Shown here piece by piece: positions 1-8,488 of a stretch of DNA of 25,169 nt (positions within the stretch are counted from its first letter, which is position 1; each line of letters begins with the position of its first letter). The notes under the pieces are model-generated. The model had not been told where the DNA came from and did not search any database. It saw only the letters and a list, made by a program, of their open reading frames with translations. Origin of the DNA: Prasinococcaceae sp. CCMP 1430 (lineage: Eukaryota; Plantae; Prasinodermophyta); NCBI GenBank assembly GCA_013416795.1, contig RQSC01000004.1:38315-63483 (forward strand), in the 5' to 3' direction. The translations under genes were made by a program, and so were the position numbers.

Positions 1-92
<92 letters not shown>
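1..92. repeat. Poly-G homopolymer, probably a sequencing/assembly artefact
   Basis: 92 uninterrupted G at the window start. Confidence 0.8.
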
Positions 93-93
<1 letters not shown>

Positions 94-283
94 GTGAGGA
101 AGGCACGGGCGCGGGCGCCGCGGGTTGCGCGGGCTGCGCGCCACACGCGCGTGAGAGCGCGCTCCCAAGGCCGTCCCCCCCGCCCCGCCCCGCCCCGCCC
201 CGCGGCGCGCGCTCGCGGGCGCCGCGGCACCGAGGAGGGAGCGGCGCGGCGCGGCGCGCGGCGCGGCGCGGCGCGCGGCGGCC

Positions 284-2372
284 ATGTCGTCCAGAGCGGA
301 GGTCCTGAGCGGGGCGCATGGCCTCAAGAGCATGCTGCACCTGCGCACGCCCAAGCTCGGGATCATCAAGGACTGGCGGCTCGGTGCGGAGGCGCGCGTA
401 AACGCGCCCGCCGAGCGCTCCTGTCCCCGCCCGGCCAGCAACATGCCCGCCCCCGCTGCGTGCTGCTGACAGGCGACGGATCACACACGCCGCACACACA
501 CAAAACGCACTTCCCTTGTCCCTTGCCACGCACGCGCACGCGCAAATGCCTCTGCGCTCCCGCGCTCCCGCGCTCCCGCGCTGCCGCGCTGCCGCGCTCC
601 CGCTCCTCCCAGGCGTCCTGCTATGGACCCTGTCCGCCCTCGTCATCGTCTACATCGGCTGGGACCTCGTGGCGAACCAGCGCTTCCTGATGATGTCGGC
701 GCCCTCCTTCATCCTGGGCGAGATATACGGCCAGCCGAGCGCGAACCAGCCGTTCGAGGCCTCGCGGTGCGCCAGGGGGCTCTGCGATTACTGCAACAAT
801 CCGGAGTACAACTGGCGTGACGGCTTCTGGAACCTGCAGCCGGGCGACAACGACTGCGACCTGCACACCTTCGACCAGAGCCTCGTCAAGGGCGAGGAGC
901 ACTTCTCCATCATCACGTCCGAACAGATCCTGCGGTACTGGCAGTACGACTGCGCCAAACCGAACACGAAGCCCGCGCAGTGCGTGGAGGACGTCATCGA
1001 GGCCCCGCCGCAGAAGTGCGTCTGCGGCTCGAACACCACGCGACTGGTGGCGGCCCCCGAGGAGATGGAGATCTACTTCACGCACTCGTACGTGCACACC
1101 GAGGGCACGAAGCTGCCCGACTACACCTACGTGCGGGTCGCCGACAGCAACCAGAACCTCGCCGAGTTCGACCACCGCGGGAAAAGCAAGGCGGCCGTGA
1201 CGCTCACGCTCGAGGACGTGCTGACCTGGACGGGCGTCAGCCTGGACGAACGCTGGGACGCGAAGGACCCGACCACGCCGCACTACCGCCTGGCGGGCCT
1301 CAAGGTGACCTTCAACGTTCGCTACTACAACTGGGACCTGCAGCCGGGCGGCGAGCGCACGCTGAGCTCGAGGAACGCGCCGACGGTGGCCGTGCTGGAG
1401 CTGCACGCCATCCGCTCGCAGTGGTCCAGCGTGGGCCCCAGCATTCACTACGGCCACCAGAGCGCCGCGCTCTCCGATATGGGGCTCGGCGTGAGCGACG
1501 ACGTGTTCGACCACGTGGACGTGTACAGGTACGGCGTGGTGCTCACGTTCCAGGGCGGTGGCAACATGGGCACGCCCAACCTCGGCCAGCTGGTCGCCGC
1601 CATCACCCAGGGCGTGCTCATGCTGGGCTTCTGCACCACCTTCGTGACGTACTACGCGACGCACTTCCAGGGCTGGGTGCAGAAACTCATCGCGCTGGTG
1701 TACTGGCCGGCGGCCACGTGGTCGATGGCTGACAAGGCCAAAATGTACCGCGAGTTCCTGTTCGAGCGTCTGTACCCGCGCCGGCGGCAGGCGCGCTTCG
1801 CCGTCAACGCAATGACGGCGGCGCTCGTCTTCCACCAGATGGACAACGACAAGAACAACACTCTCACGCGCAGCGAGCTCGAGGACCACCTGCGAAACAA
1901 CCTATCAGACGTGGGCGACGGCCGCACGATGACCACTGAGGAGCTCCGCGGCGTGCTCAATTTGATCATGGAGAGCGCATACGCGGACCCCAACCTGGAG
2001 GAGGAGGACATCGTCATCCACCGCGACACCACCGGCACCGTCACGACGGACCTCACCCTGCCGCGTTGGATCAACCTGGCCACCCCCGACGAGGTCTCGC
2101 TAGAGAGCATCATGAGGCTCGTGCGCAAGCACCACCTCATTAGGAGCTACAGCAAGAGCACCGCGCAGGCCGCCATCGCGCGCGCGGAGGACGAGCTCGC
2201 CGCCAACCGGCGCTCGCAACCGCAGCGCGCGGGCCACGCGCCATCTGCGGGCGCCGCCGGGCAGCGAATGCAAATGGCGCCCCAGATCGTCGTCCCGGGG
2301 CAGCCCCCGCACGCGGTCATCCCGGGCAACCCGCCGCCGACCGTGGTGGTGCAAGGGGTGCACTACCGCTAG
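284..2372 (+). CDS. P2X-family (purinergic receptor-like) ion channel with C-terminal EF-hand; exons 284-383 and 613-2372, 619 aa
   Basis: Removing intron 384-612 (GTGCGG...CCCAG, CTGAC at 466-470) joins MSSRAEVLSGAHGLKSMLHLRTPKLGIIKDWRLG to VLLWTLSALVIVYIGW. This gives the P2X N-terminal TxK motif plus TM1. A Cys-containing ectodomain follows, then YGVVLTFQGGGNMG (cf. YGIRFxxxVxGxAG), TM2 LVAAITQGVLMLGFCTTFV and EF loop DNDKNNTLTRSE. Confidence 0.85.
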
Positions 2373-2756
2373 CGGCGCGGGCGGGCGATGCGCTCCCCTC
2401 GCCCCGCCCACCAGCGAGCCGCGCGGCGGGCCGGCTCGGCTCGGCCGCTGCTCGAGGCGCTGGCGCCCCGGCGCCGGGCGTGTGAGCGTTAGCTACTGTG
2501 CGTGAAGCTGTAGTGGAGAGCCCTCTCCGGACCAAAATATAAACCCTTTAGTTCTTAAACCTCAACTATTTTCTCAAACCTCAACTCTTTGTCAAACTGC
2601 GGTGCGCCAGGCTGGCGCCAGCGGCGGCGCCCGCGCGCCGCTGGGGCGAGGGCGGCCCGCCCCCCCCTCGCCACAAGGGGCCTTTCGGGCGGGCGCGGCG
2701 CGCGCGTGGCGGTGCGCCTCGCGCTCGCCCGCAGCCGGCCCGCACTGCGTGCGAGC

Positions 2757-3669
2757 ATGGGCATGGGCGCGATGCCCAAGACTGCGGCGCACGCGCTCCA
2801 CGCGCTGGACCCCGAGCCTAAGCAGGGTTGCGCGTCCGTGCGCATGGTGGTGGAGATACCAGCAGAGAGCAAGGCCAAGTACGAGCTCGACGATGACTCG
2901 GGCTTGCTCGCGTTGGATCGCGTGCTCCACAGCTCGGTGCGATACCCGCATGCGTACGGTGAGGCGGGCGCCGGCGCGCCGGCACGCGCCAGGTACGCGC
3001 ACGCAAGCGGTGCGCCACGCCGCCTGCTGACATTTTCCTCGCGCTGTCGCGCCGTTCCGTTGGCGCACCGACGCGAACGTGCGTCCCCTTCCCTCGCAGG
3101 CTTCATCCCGCGCACGCTCGCAGAGGACGGGGACGCCGCCGATGCCATGGTGCTCTGCTCTGTGCCGTTGGCGCCGCTGTGCATCGTGCGCGCGCGCCCA
3201 GTGGGTGTTCTGCCGATGATCGACGGCGGCGAAAAGGTGCGAGCGATGCACGCGCGCGCGCGCGGGCTCTCGCGCGATCTCGGTGCTGACAGGCGTGCGG
3301 AATCCAGGACTGGAAAGTCATATGCGTGGCTGAGAAGGATCCTCACTACGCGCACGTCGCGGACGCGTCGCAGCTGCCTCCGCATGCGCTCAAGGAAGCG
3401 AGGTGCGAGCGCGCGCGCGCGCGCGCGTGCACCCCTGCGTGCTGCTGGAAGCGACGGTGGCGCGCGCGTGCGAATCACTGACGCGGACACTTGGCGTCGA
3501 CGCTCACGGGCCGCGTCCTCCACCGCGCAGACATTTCTTCGCAACGTACAAGGAGCTCGAGAAGAACAAGCGCGTCGCGGTGGGCGAGCTCCAGGGGGTC
3601 GAGGTGGCGCGCGCATTCATCCAGGAGTGCTTGGAAGCATACGCCGCGCAGCGCCGCGCGAAGCTCTGA
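2757..3669 (+). CDS. Soluble inorganic pyrophosphatase (family I, plant cytosolic/bacterial-like); exons 2757-2958, 3100-3236, 3308-3402, 3531-3669, 190 aa
   Basis: Spliced product reads VVEIPAESKAKYELD...DRVLHSSVRYPHAYG|FIPRTLAEDGDAAD...MIDGGEK|DWKVICVAEKDPHY...LPPHALKEAR|HFFATYKELEK. Three GT-AG introns (141, 71, 128 nt), each with CTGAC. TGTAA at 3672-3676. Confidence 0.93.
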
Positions 3670-3768
3670 GGTGTAATAGACGTGAAGCATTCACGGCGCC
3701 GCACGTGGAGGGGGGGATTGCCCTTTACTTGACGGGTTGCATGCACAGATGCTGGCCTTCGCGCGCCC

Positions 3769-6700
3769 TCAGCCATTTTGGCTGCCGTCGTGCACGATGC
3801 GCTCCGGCTTCTGCTGGCGCTTCATGCGCTCGCGCCGCATGGCTTGCGCAGCGGCGGCCGCATCGCTCTCCGCTGCGGCAGTCTTGAACGCCGATACGAA
3901 GTCTGCCATGGCGGCGAAGAACGCCCCGGCATCTGTGGTAGGCGAGCCACCCTCGCCCATGTAGGTCATAGCACGCGACACGGAGGTGCTCGTCGCCTTG
4001 AGCCGCATGCGCAGAGTGGCATAGCGTGCCGTCGCTATCTCGAGCTGCGGCGAGAGCACCTCCGCGAGGCGGTCGCACTCGAAAGAGACGCGAACGGACA
4101 ACGCGCCACCGCCGCCCTCGTCACCGCCGCCAACATCACATATCGAATGGCCGGCTTCTTCGGCCGCGTCGAGCGCCTCGCTCTCCTCGCCGATGCTTGC
4201 ACCAGTCGAGGCCTCAACGCGAATGCCGGCGCCTCTCGTCGCACCCGCGACTTGCGCTTCGGTACTCGCGTCGACGCCGGACGCACTGACGCGAACCCTG
4301 ACCGCTGGCGGGGCGCTGGCGATCTCGGCGCGCATCTCGTGCAAATTCGCGCCGAGGCCATCCACCAGTGCATTCAGCTCGCGCAGGTCCATCTTGAGGA
4401 GGTCGGAGAGCACTGGCTCAAGCTCCTCCTCTAGTGAGGCGGACTCGTCCATGCGCTTCGCGACAAAGCACAGCAGGCTCTCGCGCGGCAAGCCGGCGCT
4501 GCCGTTGCGACCGCTCGCGCGCACGTCCTTCAACTTGGGGAGAGCTAGGGGGCGCACGCCGAGCGCGCCGCCGAGGCGCGCGTTCCCGTGATTCATGAAG
4601 TTTCCCGCGGCGAGCAGCAAGCCCATGCACTTGCGCAGCGACGCGCTGGCACGCACAGCGCGCGCGGCGTCGGCGTACGCGCCTACGACCGCCTCGAGCT
4701 CACCCAGGCGCCCGTCTGATGCCAGCGAGAGCTCGTGCACACGCAGCCGGCGGCGCACCATTGGCACGCGCAAGAGGTCGTAGGCGAACAGGTCTGCCTC
4801 GGTAAAGAGTGCCACGGCCTGCGGCGGCGGCGCGGGCATGCAGCCCCACTCGTCGGGCGCGAGGGGCGCGTCAGGAGCGAGGCTCTGCAGCGCCGCAAGG
4901 AGGCGCTGGCGCTCGTCATCGTTGGGCACGCACTTGCGGACGGCCGCCACCTCCTCCGCAGATGGGAACACGCGCACGTCCATAGCCATCAACGCGCCGC
5001 GGATCTGCACGCGCAGCGAAGTGGCGGCGCGTGGTAATGCGCGCGCGTCAGCACGCATCAGCGTTTGCGGCGCGCCTGGCGAGCGTGCGGCTTGCGCCGC
5101 GCATCACTGGCGCCCTTCCCGCTCCCATTTTTCGTGGGCGGCTCACCTCTTGCCACGGCCTGCCAAGCCTGCTCATGGTGATGCCGACCCCCGTCGCCCG
5201 CCGGAGGTCCAGCACGCTCGTGCGCAGCGACGACGCGGCGCGTTTCTTCGAGCCAGCAGCCGCCGGTAGCGGAGCCGCGAACATCGTCTCGAGCTCTGCG
5301 TAGTCCTCCTCGGAGAGTGTCGCGGCCAGGGCCTTCGCTCTCGCGCTATCGAGCGCCATCCAAAGCGACTCCGGCTTCAGGTTGCGCTCTGGCACGGTCT
5401 CCCAGAAGAGCGCCCTCATCTTGACGCGGGGCTTGCGGCCGTACTGCTTTGGCTTGGCGCGCCCCGGCGGCGGCGGCGGTGGCGGCATGCCCTTGCCCCG
5501 TGGGGGCGGGGGCGGCGGGGGCGGGGGCGGCGGGGGCTTGGGCTTTGCGGCCTCTGCGGCGGAGCGCACCGCCGCGGTGAGGGAGCGATATTTAGCAGCG
5601 AAGGCGTCCAGCACAGGGTCGGCCTCGAGCTCAACCATCTCTAGGATGCTTTCGATGCCCGCGGAAGTCATGCGCTCAGCCACAGCCAGGGCGAGGGCTA
5701 GCAGACCTGGGTCGATCTCCTCGCACGGGGGCGCTCCGGGCGAGGACGTAGAAGCGTGCACGGACTTCTTCCCCATCTCGGCTTCGCCGTCGTGGCCGTC
5801 CGCTCGGGGCGCGTCCGCGGCGGCGACGATGAGCTCCTGAACGCGCCCAGCGCTCTTTGCGCCTGTCGCTGCCGCCGGGGCGCCTGAGGCGGATCCCGGC
5901 GCCCAGCTGGCGCCTTGGGGTTGCAGGCACGAGCAGATGAGCGCCAGGCAAAACGTCTTCTCCGACGGCGGAGCGAACGATGCCAGTCGCTGCAGCACGG
6001 CGTCGCCCAGCCCAATACCTGAAGCGCAACGCGCGGCGAGCAACGCGCTGGCAACCGCGGAGTAGCCCTCAGCGCTGGCGAGCGACATGGCCGTCAGCAG
6101 ATCGAGCGCCGCCATCTGTGCGTCACCGTCAGCGCCGCCGCGAAATGCGTGCGTGAGTGTGGGCACCGCCGCCTTCTCGGCGGCCATCGCGATCACTCCC
6201 ACGGAAGTATTCATGAGTACGCGCACGCTGGCGATGACGTCCAGCGCGCTCGCGCCCTCGCCACCCGCGCCCTCGCCGTCTGACCCTGCGCTGCTGCCAC
6301 CTTGACCACCCTTGGCCTCGCGCGCCTTGTGCCTGACACCTTTCTTGATGCGCTCGGGCACGTCCGCGTCGCCCCTCTCGAAGTCCGCCTCGAGCATGAT
6401 GTCCTCCAGCGCCTCCACGAGTGCGCCCGCGCCTCCGAGACGACAGAGCATGGCCAGCCAGCGGTCCACCCCGTCGGCGCCCACCGTTGCGGCTGCGGTG
6501 TGCAGGCGGGCGGTGAGCGCGTGAGGTACCTCCGCGCGCAGCGGCCTGCGGCGCAGGGCGGTCACCACCGCCTCGGGAGGCGCGAAGTCGAGTGCGGACG
6601 CGGTCGAGTCGGGCGACCACGGGTTAGCTGCTGCTGCTGCTGCTGCTGCGGCGGCGGCGGCGCCAGCCCCCTGGCCGGTGCCCCCCGCGCTTGCCTCAGT

Positions 6701-7402
6701 CGCGTGCAGGTCGGGGAAGGACGCGTCGTCATCGTTGCCGCCGCCAGCCGCACTGCCGCCGCCCATGCCCACGCCCGCGGTGGCGATGGCGGCCGCTGAG
6801 AGCATGCCCGTCCAGTCCCACATGCCGGGACTCGCCGGGCTCGCCGGGCCGCTCGCGCCGCCGGAGACGGCGCCGCGCTCGACGGACGCCGCGGCACCCG
6901 CGACTCCGGCTCCGCCGTCCGTCGCGGCGGCGTCTGTCAGCCCTCCGCCCCCCGCGTTCCCGAGCACCCCGTCAGCGCCGTAGTTGCTCCAGTCGGGCGC
7001 GGCGGCGGTGAGCACCTGCACGAAGAGCGCCTTGGCGGCCATGGCGCTCGCGGCGGCGCGCGCGGCGTCGGCGGGGGTCTTCGGCGACGCAACACCCATC
7101 CCGCCGCCGCTTAGCTCGTCGCTCTCGGCGACGGCCTGCCAGCCGCGCAGGCTGGAGAGCGCCTCCTCGGTGAGCACGTCGTCGCCGTGCGTCGTCGTGA
7201 AGCGAACCGCGCGCACGAACTGCTCCTCAACGGCCTCGGCGGGGAGCGCTGCGCGATAGTTCTCGCGAAGCAGGGTGAGGCGCTCGGCGGCACGCGCTCC
7301 CGCGACGTCTGGGTCGAGCGCCAGCGCAGAGTCGTCGGGGCCGGCGCTATTTGGGGCCGCCGGAGCCGGCGTGGTGAGGGACATGCGCCGCAGGAAGCCC
7401 AT
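3769..7402 (-). CDS. Formin, GBD/FH3-FH1-FH2 architecture; exons 7402(or further 5')-5147 and 5004-3769
   Basis: FH1 polyproline at about 5466-5536. FH2 motifs KMRALFWETV, LETMFA, VLDLRRATGVGITMSRL and LLAAGNFMNHGNARLGGALGVRPLALPKLKDVR. Intron 5146-5005 (GTGAGC...GCAG) joins PWQE|IRGALMAMD. Start uncertain: ATG at 7402, or an upstream exon spliced to the CAG acceptor at 7480-7478 next to the N at 7497. Confidence 0.9.
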
Positions 7403-7691
7403 GACCCCCCCGGTGCCGCCACCGCCGCCGCTGGCTGGCGCGCCGCCGGCGCCGGCGCCATTGCCCGCGCTTCCGGCCTGCGAGCGCGGCCGCCGGNCGC
7501 CGAGCTGCGCTCGATGGAGGGAAATTGAGTCCTCGAACCTGCACACCGGTGGCTTTGGCCAGGGCGAGAGTAGCTTATAGGAAACGCGTCTCTCGGAGTG
7601 GGTCCCACGCGCCCTCCCATCCCCCCACCTCCCTACCGCCACCCGCCTCCGAGCGCCCAAGAGTGCGCGCGCGGGCCCGTTTCGAAATCCC

Positions 7692-7719
7692 AAACCCTAA
7701 ATGATGTACTAAACCCTAA
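7692..7719 (+). promoter_or_regulatory. Two telo-box (AAACCCTAA) motifs
   Basis: AAACCCTAA at 7692-7700 and 7711-7719 in an AT-richer intergenic island. Confidence 0.55.
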
Positions 7720-7740
7720 TACCACGCGCGCGCGTGGCGA

Positions 7741-7772
7741 CGTACCATCCGATAGTATCATCGGATGGTACG
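7741..7772. other. Perfect 13-bp inverted repeat (hairpin)
   Basis: CGTACCATCCGAT (7741-7753), 6-nt loop AGTATC, ATCGGATGGTACG (7760-7772). Confidence 0.9.
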
Positions 7773-8273
7773 GGGGTGCGGGTCTCAGCCCCGGTTGGGA
7801 CCTCCCGGATGTGTTGGGGCTGACCGTGTTGTAAACTGATGTTCCTATTCCTATTCCTAATCGCAACCGAAACCCTTCCCCCAGGAAAAAAACCATCCAT
7901 TTCGCGCGCCGGCGCGCGGATGCGTCGTTTTTGTAAACTTTCAAATCCGTGTCATAATCGACGGAATGTTACACGAAATGAGGCGCTGTGAGGCCGCGGG
8001 GCTGACGCCGCTGCGCGGCGGCTGGCGCGCGCGCTCGCCGGCGTGGCGTGGAGAGGGAGGGTGGGTGGGTGGGGGTGCAGGCGCGGCGCGCCACACGAGG
8101 GGGGAGAAGTGCGCCGCGCGGTGCGGAGGACGAGAGAGGGAAAGTCTGAGGGGCTGCACGCGGCCGGCTGGCGGGGAGGGAGAGGGGAGGTCTGCGACCG
8201 GCGGGCTGCGCGAGGGCCCTCCTCCCTCGCCCGGCGCGTGCGCGCGCCCCCGCCGGGGGCGGCCATGGGGGCN

Positions 8274-8486
8274 CCACACGATGTAGCGAGGCAGGTCGGT
8301 GAAGACGTCGCAGCCGGGCGCAGCGAGCGGAAGCGAGCGACACCCAGGCGAGCCCACATCGAGCAGAGGCGCCTGGCGAGGGTTGCGCAGGGCGAAGCAT
8401 AGGAAATCGAACGCGTGCGCCGCGGGGAGCACGACCAAGTTTGCCTGCGCGAGACCTGGCGCGGCTCCGGGCGTCGGTGCGTCAAA
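8274..8486 (-). CDS. Fragment (71 aa) of a D-glutamate cyclase / UPF0317 (YcsI, DUF1445) family gene
   Basis: FDAPTPGAAPGLAQANLVVLPAAHAFDFLCFALRNPRQAPLLDVGSPG...APGCDVFTDLPRYIVW matches the recalled family N-terminal signature PTxGxAxGxxQANLVILP...AxDFxxFxxRNPKPCPLLDV...DIRTDLPRY. Truncated at the N at 8273; no in-frame ATG upstream. Confidence 0.8.
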
Positions 8487-8488
8487 GC

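Noticed and set aside
1-92. Poly-G as a biological element
   Set aside because: A pure homopolymer at a sequence end is typical of a sequencing artefact.
3237-3530. Introner-type repeated introns (PPase introns 2 and 3 both start GTGCGAGCG)
   Set aside because: Similarity is limited to the donor and low-complexity CG runs.
2589-3887. 432-aa single-exon reading of the PPase locus
   Set aside because: It reads through introns; the spliced 190-aa model restores all motifs.
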